Shown one piece after another: positions 1 through 12,400 of a stretch of DNA of 64,000 bases. A program made the position numbers and the translations under genes. The notes beneath the pieces are model-generated. The model made no database searches and had not been told where the DNA came from. It saw nothing but the letters and a program-made list of their open reading frames with translations. How positions within the stretch are numbered: the first letter of the stretch is position 1; the number at the start of each line of letters is the position of its first letter. The DNA is taken from NCBI GenBank assembly GCA_958009085.1, contig OY253681.1, forward strand, positions 1-64,000. Direction: 5' to 3'. Source of the stretch: Protoeuglena noctilucae. Lineage: Eukaryota.

Positions 1-255
1 CCTAACCCTAACCCTAACCCTAACCCTAACCCTAACCCTAACCCTAACCCTAACCCTAACCCTAACCCTAACCCTAACCCTAACCCTAACCCTAACCCTA
101 ACCCTAACCCTAACCCTAACCCTACCCTAACCCTAACCCTAACCCAAACCTAACCTACCTGACCTCCTGGCCTGACCTAACCTAACCCTAACCTGACCCT
201 AACCTAAACCTAACCCCTAAAAAACTAACCTAACCTAGCCTAACCCTAACCCTAA
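1..255. repeat. Telomere, (CCCTAA)n = TTAGGG type; variant repeats in the proximal half
   Basis: Perfect CCCTAA units from 1 to ~120, then degenerate units (CCCTA, CCTGA, CCTAG, CTAAAAAA) to ~255, at the start of the sequence. Confidence 0.99.
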
Positions 256-256
256 G

Positions 257-2190
257 ATGGCTTCGCCAGGTGCCTCATCACAGCGGCTGGCGCAGGTCGC
301 CGTGGCGCAACGCGGGTCCCACAGCTCACCTGCACCGCAATGCACCAGTCACACCCTGACCCAACGCATCCAGATACACCGCCACTCGGATGTGCTGGAC
401 GGTGCGCCGCTTTCACACCTCACCACATCGGCGCTCCCGTGCCACCGCCCCGACCACCGTGCTGCGAGAGCCAAGCCACTTGCATCAGAACGTACAAAGC
501 AGCATCAGAAACGAAGCAACATTACCGCAGCTCTCGCTCTGCGCCTCTGCCGCGCCTGGCGCCTGCTAGTCCATGCGCCACATCGCTCAACGACAGCGTC
601 GCAGCCCGTGTGCCAACGCCCCGCGCCCGCGCCCATCGCAACTCCCCTGAGCAGCGACTGCAGCTGACGCAGACGCCTATCACGTCTTTTCGTAAAAGCA
701 CTTACCTGACATTTCACAGCCAGCCTACTGCCCCACAGCAGTCCCCGAGGTCTCGCAACACGCACGCATCACAGCCGCCCTCGCCTGGCAACCAGGACAT
801 GCGATAGACCGCCATGCCAATCGCTCACCTTGTGGCAGCCTCACGGAAGCGTCTCTGACGCCACCCAACGCCGGCAGCCTCCCTGCGCTTGGCAATCCAA
901 TGACCAGCGCACGCTCCAGCACATGCAGCGCCCTTTGCCCCTGCCAGGTGACACCCTGGTGTACATGGCGAGTGCGCTTGTCCCCTCCTATGCCGACCCA
1001 GAGGCTGCCAAGACGGCCTCGCCTTATCGCAGGGGCAGGCGCAGGTCGCCGACACGCCGCGTGGGCACCGGAGCTCATCTGGGCTGCCCAGCACAGCACT
1101 TGTCACCCCGCATGCGGACACAGCCATACCCGCCGCCGCTTGAATGAATGTCCCGCACGGTGCGCATCTTCACTGCCTCACCGCATCGGGGCTCCCACCA
1201 TCCCGACTTGCGCGGTGCTGCGAAAGCCCAGCCCCCTGCAGCAGGCCGCATAAAGCAGTGTCGAATGCGCAGGAACATGGTGACGCCTTGACGCCGAGGC
1301 AGTGCCACGCCTGGAATCGGCCAGCCCATCCGGCGCATCGGACAGCGACGTCGACGCAGCCCATGTGCCCACTTCCATGCCCACACCCATCGCGGCTCCC
1401 CACGCAGCGACTGCAGCAGACGAGAACGCCTATAACCCGTTCCCATGACGGAACCTACCTCGAAATCTACAGCCGGCCCCTTCCTTCCCCTAAGACAAAC
1501 CATGAGGTGTAGCTACACACACGCCCCCACCCGACCTCACCTGGTCAGCGGCAGGTACAGCAGGGTGCCTGCGATGCGTTGCTGCCATCCACGCAGCCAT
1601 ATGGAAGCGTCACTGACGCCCTCCAACGACGCTGGCAGCCACCCCGAACTTGGCCAACCCATCACCAGTGCTCGCTCCGGCAGGCGCAGCGCTCTTTGTC
1701 CAGATTAGATGACGCCATCGTGTACATTGCGAATGCATCCTCGCTCCCTCGTGAGTTGGCACCAATGGCTTCTCCAGCTTCCTCGTCGCAGCGTCAGGCG
1801 CAGGTCGCCGTGGCGTGTCGGTGGTGCAGCGGCTCACCTGGCACCTGCCACCCTTCGACCCGGACGCAGCCACACATACACCACCGTCCGGTTGTTTAGC
1901 ACGTTGCATCGCCCACGCACCTCACCGCATCAGCGCTCCATGCACCCCCGCCGCCCCGACCTGCACGCTGCTGCGACGGCCCAGCCGCCTGCAGCAAACC
2001 GTACAAAGCAACAACAAGACAGCATCCCTCACACCAAGCCACTGCCACGCCTGGACTCGGCCAGCCCATCCGCCGCATTCCACAGCGACAGCGACGCTGG
2101 CTGCGGCGATCCCGCACCGTCGACGCTAGCCTGAGCCACTGCAGCAAAACCAAGCCACCTCCTTTTCGTCACACACCCCGACGCCTGGCC
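257..2190. repeat. Subtelomeric degenerate tandem repeat, ~755-bp unit, about 2.6 copies
   Basis: Units start at ~257, ~1012 and ~1765. Shared anchors: ggcgcaggtcgccg in all three units; cgtacaaagca in units 1 and 3; gcagcgactgcagc and ggaagcgtc(t/a)ctgacgcc in units 1 and 2. Confidence 0.85.
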
Positions 2191-2335
2191 TCTGCCCACG
2201 CTAAGCTTTCACCCCACAGCGGCTGTCCTTCGACGCGTGCGCGCCCCACTGCGCTCCGCATACCTCAGCAGCGAAGCACTGCTGCCAACGAGCGCACTCG
2301 CCATTGCTACCGTCCGCTGCACTCAGCCTCTCGCT

Positions 2336-2832
2336 TCAGCACGCGCGGGGGCAGCAGCCAGCCAAGCCTAGCCACGGCCACGCCTCGCGCGGCACCACCA
2401 GCCCCACGCTCGCCCAGCCTAAACCGCCCAGACGGCCACCCCTCCGGCGCTGAACTCCACACCAGGGTCGCCGCAACCCCATTCCATGGCCATGACGTGC
2501 GGCAGGCGCTTCTGCGGAGAGCGCTGCGTCCATCGCCCCCGCCCTAGCAGCCAGGGCACGCGCAGGGTCGGCCGCGATCGGCTCCTTGTCGTCCATGATC
2601 GTCTTCACCTCTGCGGCACGTCGAACGTACGTTCGCAGCTCCCGATTTCCCGCCAACAAATGCTGCCGTGACGCACAGCAGAGCCCGCCAATTACAGCGC
2701 TCCCCGCCACCTCCCCGCCCTCTTCTCCTACCCGTTAGCGACACGCGACTCCCTCCGTGCCTCCTCGTGAACCAGCACGGCGTCGCTGACTGACAGCGTG
2801 TAAGAAACGGCGCTGTCGTCAGAGAAAAGCAT
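2336..2832 (-). CDS. Possible small spliced hypothetical gene pointing toward the telomere
   Basis: Two protein-like segments (MLFSDDSAVSYTLSVSDAVLVHEE...; HLLAGNRELRTYVRRAAEVKTIMDDKEP...) separated by an intron-like stretch, head-to-head with PIBF1. Splice phase not resolved. Confidence 0.25.
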
Positions 2833-3037
2833 CGGCGCGGGCTGCAATTGCCACGACGTCTTCCTGAACTGTCTCCGCGGCGGCCACGTGGATTCGCGCA
2901 GGGAGCGGTGGCGAGACCTTTGAACGCGTGGACCCGGCGCCATCGGCGGGCCTTTGGCGCGGTTTTCCTGACTCGCTCTCACTTGAGGCTTTCGATATTC
3001 CGCGCGCCCCGCGCTGTGACATCACGCCGGCCGCGTG

Positions 3038-6000
3038 ATGAGCAGCCGGACGAGCACCGGCGGGGAAACGCGTGACACCCGGGACGCGGAGGGGGACAGC
3101 GGCGCGTCCGAGGGCTCGGGACGGCACGAGTACCAGTCCTGGACCTTCAGTTCCCTGGATGTGTCGAGGTAGGGCGCGAGGCTTGCGTTTCCGGTGGCCC
3201 CCGTCGCCCGGCGGCCAAGAAATTCGCGCGCTTCCGATGCACGCACAGCGAATTCCCGGACGCCGACCTTCCGCTGCTGGACCAGCTGCGCATGCGTCAG
3301 AAGACACGACGAGATGTGCGTCTGCGCGAGACGGAGATCCTCGGGCACCTGGAGCGGACGTACCGGTCGCGCATCGCGCAGCTGGAGCAGCAGGTGGCGT
3401 CCCTGCAGGAGCAGGGCAAGGTCCAGCGGCGCCTGCACGAGCAGGAGCTGCGACAGAAGCAGGCGGACGCGGACAAGATGCGGGAAGTGGTGAGCGGGCA
3501 GGGAGGACGCGCGGCTGCGGCTGCGCGTGACCGCCCTCCGTGGTCCAGCCACGCACGTGCCCTCCCCATATCCTCCCGCAGCTGCACCGGGAGCTGACGG
3601 AGCTTCAGCGGAGGCAGGAGACCCTGGAGGCGGCGGGGCCCGCGTTCCACGCGCAGCTGCAGGCGGCCCGTGACCAGCTGCGGGACGTGCACGTGAGCGA
3701 CGCCATGTATGCGGAGCTGTCGAGGATCCCGGAGGACGACCGCCTGCTGGCGGACGCGGTGCGGCTGACGGTGTACGAGGCGCTGCGGGACCTGCGGGCG
3801 GAGAACGAGCGGCTGCGGAGGGCCAGCGAGGGCGACCGGGAGGCGGCGGCGAGGGCGGAGGAGGAGCGGGAGCGGCACCGGAGGGCGGCAGCGGCGGCGG
3901 AGGCGCGGGCGGCGGAGCGGACGAGGGAGGCGGCACGCGAGGTCGATACCCTGTCGGCGCGCCTCGAGGTGGGGGAAGGGGTGGCCGGGTATGGAGCGGT
4001 GGGCGGCGTGGCGTGGGTGGCTAGCTGACCCTGACCACCCCCCTTTCCCTGCGCGCAGCGGGTGGAGAACGAGCTGAGCGAGGCGCTGCTTCGGTGCGAG
4101 GTGCTGGGCGCCAAGGGGTCCATGTTCGACGAGGTCAAGGGGGAGCTGGACGCGCTGCGGCAGGCGCACGAGGGGGCGCTGGCGGAGATGGCAGCACTGC
4201 GGCGCATGCAGTGAGGGGGGGGGGGGGGGGGGGGGTGGCTGGCCATGACGCAGCGTGCACCTGCAGACGGGCTTGCCCCCCACGCTGCCTTGGCTGCCCT
4301 CCCTCGCAGGGACGACTTCCAGGACCTCCGCACGCAGCACCGCGATGCCACGCACCGCCTGGAGCTCCTCGCCCAGGACCGGGCGCACGTGGTCCGGCAG
4401 GCGGAGCTGCTGCAGCACCAGGTGCAGCGCCTGGAGGAGGAGGGCGCCGCCAAGGACGCGCGGGTGGCGGAGCTGAAGGCGGCAAGGGACCGGCTGCAGG
4501 AGCGGCTCATGGCGGGCGCGACGGGTGAGGGGGATCAGATCCGTGGGGTGCATGGCGAGTTGGATGCGGGCCCGCATGCCGTGGCTGTGCGTGACCCAGA
4601 CCCTCCGCCTGCTCTCACGCCCTCCCCACCGTCTGCTGTGTCCCCAGACTCGCGGGCCGAGTACGAGGCGCGCGTGCAGGGGGAGATCGCGCAGATCCGC
4701 GCCGAGAGCGAGCGTGAGGTGGACCGCGTGCGTCGGGAGATGGAGCACGGGTACGACCGCGAGCTGCGGGTGGTGCGGGAGCTGCGGGATGCGGCAGTGC
4801 AGGACGCGCGGAGGGCGGAGGAGAAGCTGGAGCAGGCGAGGGATGGGGGATAAGAGAGGGAGCCTGTTTGGATCGGGAAGCACCCCCGGTGCGGCTCACG
4901 AGACATGGCTGGTTGTCGTGTCGCGCCCTCAGGTGCGCCAGCAGCTGGAGGCATCTGTGGCGGACCACCAGGCGCGGTCCAAGGCGGCGGACGTGCGGGA
5001 GGCGCAGCTGCTGGGCCGCGTGGAGGTGCTGCTGCTGGAGCGTCAGCAGCTGCAGGCCACGGCCGACGAGCGGGGGGCGCGGTGCGCGGCGCTGCAGGCA
5101 GAGGCGGACCAGGCGGCGGAGAGGGCGCGGCACCTGAGGGAGCGGCTGCACGCGATGGAGCACGAGATGGCGCGGCGGACGGCCGACCTGGGTGAGGGGG
5201 TGACACGGGGACGCTGCGAGTGTGCGACGCGTTGGCCGCTGGGGCGTGGTCGACGGTTGCTTCCCCCTTCACCGCAGAGGCGCGGCTGGAGGGGGCGGAG
5301 GACAAGCTGCGGCACTACGAGTTGCTGGAGAGCCAGATGGACCAGGCCATCCTGAGCGCGGGGGCGGCCGTGGCTGGGGCGGGGGAGACGCCGGGGGCCG
5401 TGGCGGCGGCGGCGGGGGACGAGGGCGGGGGCGGCGTGGTCGCTGCTTGGCCCGAGGGCGGCGGCCGGGGAGTGGTGGCGCCCCGCAGCGCCGCCGCGGT
5501 GATCCAGGCGCTGGAGGGCGCCGTGCCGATGGCGGTGCGCCGCCGCGTCAAGCAGGCGCTGGTGCTGGCGGCGCGGTGCAGCGATCTGGAGGTGTCGCTG
5601 GGGCGCGCGGAGGCGCAGGCGAGGGAGGCGGAGGAGCGGGCGCGGTCGCTGGAGGCGGAGCTGCAGGTGGCGCGCAGCCGCGCCGACCGCGTGGGCCAGC
5701 CCCAGAGCTTCGTGCTGGACGAGATGGACCGGCTGGAGGTGCGGGCGATGAGGGCGGAGCGGCGGGCGAAGCAGCTGACGGAGAGTCTGCGGCAGGCGGG
5801 GGAGGAGCGGGGGCAGCTGCGGAGGGACCTGGAGGCGCTGCTGGAGGACCAGGCGTCGTTGGATGCGCTGAGGGAGGCGGTGGCTGCGGGGGCGGCTAGG
5901 GGAGCAGGGGGGGCGGGGCCTGCGGGGCCGAGGACCACGCCCCCCCGGCCGACTCGGTTCGGCCCCAGCGCGGCCAGCGGGACAGTGGCTGGCCCTGCGC

Positions 6001-6218
6001 AAGCCGCGTCCCGCCCTGGCTCCCGCCCCCTGTCGCGGCAGCCGTCCGCAGGGGGCGCAGTAACCAAGGACGCCGAGGTTTCCGCCGGGTCCAACGCCGG
6101 CAGTGGGGGTGGGCGGGCCCCGCTGCCCCGGGCGGGCGCCGCCGCAATTGCGCCGAGGGTGGCAGCACGGCCGGGCGTGGGCCGGTCCAAGACCATGGCG
6201 GTCATCTCTGTTCGTTAG
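3038..6218 (+). CDS. PIBF1: PIBF1/CEP90-like centriolar coiled-coil protein (multi-exon)
   Basis: Coiled-coil exons. The segments SRAEYEARVQGEIAQIRAESEREVDRVR, KLRHYELLESQMDQAI, VPMAVRRRVKQALVLAARCSDLE, QPQSFVLD and DLEALL match the PIBF1 C-terminal half (PTTAKRRLKQSVHLARR, QPYRYLIE, DLEQLL). Confidence 0.85.
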
Positions 6219-6476
6219 TTGTATGCCATCGCTTGCGCTTGACTGTGCGACGCGTGGCGTGATTGGCCTTAGCTTCCCCAGTGCGCGACATTCAATGCAT
6301 GGAGCGCAACCTAGAGTGAGTTCACGGATCGTCGACAAAGTGTGTGAAACGAAAGCGGCTTTCGTCCTAACCTCCCATCCCAATTTCGACTCTAACCACC
6401 TCTTCCAAGCGCTTGCTAGAGTTCCTGCTAGTATCCCATTCCCAACGATCCTTTCAGTAGCTAGTGCGACGCAGCA

Positions 6477-9400
6477 TCACATGGCCAGGGCCACCGCCGC
6501 CCCCAGGGCCCCCACGATGCCGGCCAGGATGGCGCTGGCCCTGGCAGACGCGGTGCCGGAGACGATGACGAGGGAGCTGGGGGTGGAGGGCGGCGTGGGG
6601 GTCGCGGGGGGCGCGGGGGTGGTGGGCCCCGGCGTGGGCAGCGCCCCAAAGACGGTGGAGGTGCTGATGGAGACGGCGGGGGCGGTGAAGGCGTAGAGGG
6701 GGGAGGTGGCGTCGGTGGCCGCGGCGGAGAGGGAGGCGGCCACCTGGTCCCGCAGACCGACGCCGGAGCTGAGGGCGTACTGTGCCACGTTGGCCCAGGA
6801 GGTGTTGGACGTGCGCAGCGTGAGGTTGAGGGTGAGCGTGAACTGCGGGGGGAGAAGAGAGGAGGGCGGCGTGCTGCAGGTTCTTTGCGCACGGCGCGAG
6901 CGTGGACAGGGACAGGGCGCCTGGCTGCAGGTAAGCTGCATCACTCACGTCCGAAAGTGCCCTGCGCGACTGTGCCTGGGTGACGATGACGTCGCTGAGG
7001 GCGATGCCGGCCACGTTGCCGGCCACGAAGAAGCTGTACGCCGTCTTCTGCACCACCGAGATGACGCCGGCGACGACGGCGGGCGTGGGCTGCTGGGCGT
7101 ACGTGACCGCGAGGGTGAACTTGAGCCCGGCGAGGAGGGGCGCGGGCGTGACGACGGGCGGCACCGTGTCGTCGATGGTGATGTTGACGGAGAAGGTGTC
7201 CGAGGTGGAGTAGCCGTTGCTGGCGGTAGTCGGGCTGCACTGGACGGCGATGGTGACGGGGGCACCCGTCACCTGGGGCATGGCGCTCAGGTACAGGCCC
7301 GTGGGGGAGGCCGAGGTGGCCTTGAGGGTGGAGCCGCCCGTCGCCGACGCCTGCACCGACAGCTGGGGCCCCGACCCGGGGGTGGCGCATGTGATCTGCA
7401 CCGTCTGGTCGAGCGCCTGCACCTGCAGCAGGTCCCCCACCGCGTACTGCGTGCCCTCGATGGCCTTGATGGCCGTCACCACGGCGCCGGGGGTGGCGGG
7501 CGTGCCCTGCAGGGTGAGGGCCTTGGGCCCGGCCAGGAACACCACTGCCTGGTTGCGGACGAGGACGTCGAAGGACGCCTGCTGGGCGCTGGTGTAGGTG
7601 CCGGCGGACGCCGTGGGGGCGCACTTGTACGTGACGAGCGTGTCCTTGGGGACGGCCAGGGAGGTGGGGATGGCCACGCCCACCGCCTGGCCCCCGAGGA
7701 TGCTGCTGCCGGTGCCGAGGAGAATGGAGGGGATGTCGGGGAGCACGGCGGTGTTGGAGGAGGCGCAGGCGACGGCGACGGAGGCGGTGGGGGGCACGGT
7801 GGTGTAGAGGGACGCCAGGGTGCCGGGCAGGGTGGTGCTGAGCTCCATGACGCGCACGGTGGCCGAGAGCGTGCCGGTGGCCAGCAGCTGGCCGGGCTGC
7901 AGGGGCGAGGTGCCGTCCGCCGCCGTGCCGGGGCTGGACCCCGCCGCGGCCAGGATGCCCCGGGCGAGGACCTTGACGGTGAACTGCACCGACTCGGTGC
8001 CCGTGTAGGGGCTGACGGGGCACTGCGGGGGGGAGATGGGGGGGAAGTGGGCAGTGACGGCAGTTAGTAGGCGAGTTGAGAGCATTTGCAATGAGGTGGG
8101 CAGCATATAGTGGGAGCATGTCAGCGTCGGCATCAGCAGTTGGGCAGACAGGCCGAGGGCAGAGCGCCAGGGCGCACTCGCCTGCACGGTGCAAGTGTAG
8201 GTGACGGAGGTGTCTGCCGTGACGGGCGCCGAGGCGGGGATGGCCGCGACGACCCCGGCGTTGGTGAGGGAGAGGACGTTGAAGTTGGCGAGGATGGCGG
8301 CGTTGGACGACATGCAGTTGACGTCGACTGCGACGGCGGCCGTCTTGGCCTGGAGCTGGACGGCGGAGGACGAGGCCGTCTCGGACAGAAGGGTGGGGAC
8401 GAGGGTGGCGGGGCCGGGGGCGGAGAAGCCGACGTTGGTGGCGGCGGTGACGGGGAGGATGGTGGCGGAGTTGACGGAGGAGGCGCCGGCGAGGGCGAGG
8501 ATGCCGTGGTAGAGGACCAGGACGTCGAACTTGGCCGTGTCCGAGGCGGGGAGGCCCGAGGCGAGGGAGGTGGGGGCGCAGGTGTAGGTGACGACCGTGT
8601 CCTTGGAGAGGGTGCCGGCGGGGGTGGGGATGGGGAGGGCCACGAGGGAGCCGGAGGGGACGGAGAGGCTCGTCATGTCCTGGAGCACCGTGCTATTCGA
8701 GGAGGTGCAGGCGAAGGGGACAGAGGCCGAGGCGGCGCTGTTGAGGCGCAGGGTGGCCACGTCGCCCGGCTGCGTGGCCTGGCCGTAGCTGACGGTGGGG
8801 GTCAGGGTTAGTGACCCGCCCCCGGTGATGTCGGTGACCTTGCCGAAGGCCACGAGGGTGCTGGCGCGGCGGGCGGACGCGGAGGCCTCGACGATCGGGT
8901 ACAGGCGCTGCACGAGGACGTCGAAGGCGACGGTGGCGGTGACGGCCGTCTTGGGCACCTCGGGGGTCCCGGTGGGCGTGGGCGTGGGGGAGGGCGTGGG
9001 GGAGGGGGTAGGCGACGGCGTGGGGGAAGGGGTGGGGGAGGAGCCGGGGGAGGCGGCGGGGGCGGCGGTGGCGATGGCGGGAGGGGGCGTGGTGGCCGCC
9101 TGCGGGGAGGGGAGGGCCGGGAGGTCAAGTCAGTTTACTCACAGCAAGGGCACGGTCTGCGGCAGTGGGCAGTGGGCAACACAGGGCACGCCTGGGCAGG
9201 TGGAGCCAAAACACACAGCAGGCATCCGCCCACGCACTCGCCTGCAAGGTGCACGTGTAGGTGACGACGGTGTCGGTGGCGACGTTCCCCGCCGCGGGCA
9301 GCGGGACGGCGACGGCCGTGGACCCGCCTGCCGGGATGACGATCCCCGGGATGTCCGGGAGGAGGCTGGCGTTGCTGGATGCGCACGCGTAGGTGGTGCT

Positions 9401-12400
9401 GGACTGGGGCGGCGCGGACGGCAGCAGGGCGACGCGCGTGGAGCTGGCCACGGTTCCCTGCGGCACCACGAGGGTGCGCGCGCGGCTGCCGGTGCCCGTG
9501 AGGACCGTGCCGGGGGAGAGGCGCGTGGCCCCGTCCGCGGCCGTGCCCGCCGACTGCCCCGCGACGGCGTCGAGGGAGAGCCGCGCCACGAGGACGCCGA
9601 AGGTGACGGAGACGGAGTGGTCGTAGCCGCCCGCCGTGGACAGGGGGGCGCAGGTGTAGGTGACGAGCGTGTTGGTGAGGACGGGGAGGGCGCGCGGGAT
9701 CTGGAGCGCCACGGGGGTCACGTTGTTGACGGTGACGTTCTGGATGTCGGCGAGGAGCGCCGAGCTCGAGACGCAGCTGATGGGGACGGGCGCCGTGGGG
9801 GCGACGTTGACGAGGAGCGACACCTCGGCGCCCAGGAGGTTGTCTGCGCCCTCGTAGACGACGACGGCGCGGGAGAGGGGCCCGGCCCCGGAGATGTCGC
9901 TGCCCTGGGTGATGGTGGTGGTGCCGTCCGCGGCGGTGAGGGACACAGCGGCCACGGCGCGCAGGGTGCGGGGGAGCACGGCCACGTCGAAGGCCACGGC
10001 CTGGGTGGACTTGAAGCCGGACACCACGGGGGCGCACGTGTAGGTAACGACGGTCCGGGCCGACACGCTGGCGGGGGCTGGGAGGTTAATGGGGTTGGCG
10101 GCGGCGCTGGTGATGTCGATGCCCTTGACGTCCGTCATGACGGCGGGGTTGCTGGAGGCGCAGGTGAAGGAGACGGTGGCGCCCGGGGTGCCGTTGGACT
10201 TGAGGGTGGCCACGGTGCCCGGGTTGGGCGCGACGGTGGTGAGGAGGACCGGGGTTAGGGTCGCGTCGCCCACGGCGAGCGTGGCGTCGACGACGATCTG
10301 CTTGCCGGCGAGGGAGGGCTGGGCGCTGGCGGAGAGGACGGTGGCGGCGAGGGGCACGACACGGACATCGAAAGAGACGGTCTGCGTGGTGAGGAACCCG
10401 CCGGTGTTGGAGGTGGGGGCGCAGGTGTAGGTGACGAGCACCGGGCTGTCGATGGGCGCCGACTGGGGCATGGGCACGGGCAGGGGGGAGCCGGACGAGA
10501 GGGAGAGCCCGGAGACGTCGGCGAGGATGGTCGGCTGGGATGATGCGCAGCGGAAGGGGACGATGGCCGAGGGCGTGGCGTTGGGGGTCAGCTGCACGAC
10601 CTGGGTGGAGGAGCCGGCCAGCTCAATGATCGACACCGACTTGGCCAGGTTGCCGGAGACGAGCGTGGTGTTTGGGGCGAGGGTGGTCGTGCCGTCGGCC
10701 GCCAGCTGCCCCGAGACCACCGACTGGGGCGTCACGGTCAGGTTGAGGACCTGAATAACGAACTTGAGCGTGTCGGTCTTCTTGAGGCCGCCGACGTCCG
10801 CGGTCGGCGCGCACGTGTACGTGACGGTGGCGTCGGCGGCCACGGCCCCGGGCGCCGGCAGGGTGACGGCCACGGGGGAGTTGTTGGACACGACCACGCT
10901 CTTGATGTCGGCCATGACGGCGGGGGTGTCCGAGGTGCAGGCGAAGGTGACGGGCGAGGAGGGCGCCGCGTTGGCCTTGAGGGCCACCGTGCCGCTGCTC
11001 TGGGCCTGCAGCTCGTACGCCCGCATGGTCTTGCCGGCGCCGCCCCCCGTCACGACCGTGCCCACCACGAGGTTGCTGCCGTCCGCGGCCGTCTGGGTGG
11101 TGGCGGCCACGGCGTCGACCGCCAGCGCCACCACGCGCACGAAGAACTGCACGCTGTCCGTGGTGGCCAGGTTGCCGAAGGAGGTGGTGGGGGCGCACGT
11201 GTAGGAGACGTCGGCGCTGGCGTCGACGGGGAGCGGCGAGGGCAGCGGCAGGAAGACGGCGGCGGCCGAGTTCTGGATCTGCACACCCGTGATGGGCGCC
11301 ATGACCTGGGCATTGCTGGAGGCGCAGGCCACGGTGCCGGCCGCGCCCGGGGCCACGTTGGGCACCAGCTGGACCTTGCCCGCGTTGGTGGCGTCCGTCT
11401 CGTACACCACCACCTCGAGCGCCGGGTTGAGGGCGGTGGCCAGCAGCACGGTGCTGGAGGCCAGCGCGGCCCCCTGGGCGCTGACGGCCCCGACCCCAGC
11501 CTCAGGGGTCAGCTGGGCGGGGATGACGTAGAGGTCGAACTTGGCGCTGTGGTTGGCGCTGGTGGGGTTGTAGCCGCCGGCGCTTGCGGTGGGGCTGCAG
11601 GTGAAGGTGATGGTGGTGGGGGCGCTGATGCCGACGATGCTGGGGACCGTGAAGGGCACCGCGAACGTGGAGGTGGCCTTGATGCCCGTGATGCTCGTGG
11701 CCTTGGTGGCGTCGCTGGACGTGCACGTGAAGGTCACCTGCGCGCTGGGGGCCACCAACAGCTGCAGCGCCACCAGCGTGGCGTTGGCGGGCGCCCCCTC
11801 GTACACCACGAGCGTCTTGCGGTCGCTGGGGGTGGTGCTGTAGCCGATGGAGGTGCCGGGGGACACCGTGGCGCCGTCCAGCTTGCGCGTGGCGGACCCC
11901 GTGCCCACCACCACGTCCACGCCCAGGGGCGCCACCACGACGTCGAACTTGGCGGTGAGGCCGGCCGTGACGTTGACGGGCGCGGGGGTGGAGGCGACGG
12001 TGCACGTGTAGGTGATGGTCTTGGTGCCCGAGGCGAGGGGCGCGGGGGCCGGGAGGGGCATGTTGAGGGTGGCGGAGGACGAGACGGCCAGCCCCTGCAT
12101 GTTGCCCATGGCCGCGGTGTCGCTGCTGGTGCAGCTGAGGGTGGCGGACGAGGCCTGGCTGAAGGTGAGGACGACGGACGTGGCGTTGGCAATGCCCTCG
12201 TACACCAGCACCGTCTGGCACAGCTGCCCGCTGACCAGCCGCGCCCCGGGCGCCAGGGCCGACCGCGTGGGGGTGGCCTGGATGGCCGCGCTGCCTGCCA
12301 CAGCATACATCTCGTAGCGGTAGGGGGGGGGGGTGCCGACGAGGATGCCCTGGGGGGTGGTACCGTTGCTGGCGGTGAAGGTGACGGCGGTGCCCGTGGA

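Noticed and set aside
257..2300. Telomeric retrotransposon or helicase element
   Set aside because: No RT, endonuclease, gag or helicase motifs in any listed ORF; the ORFs are short and interrupted.
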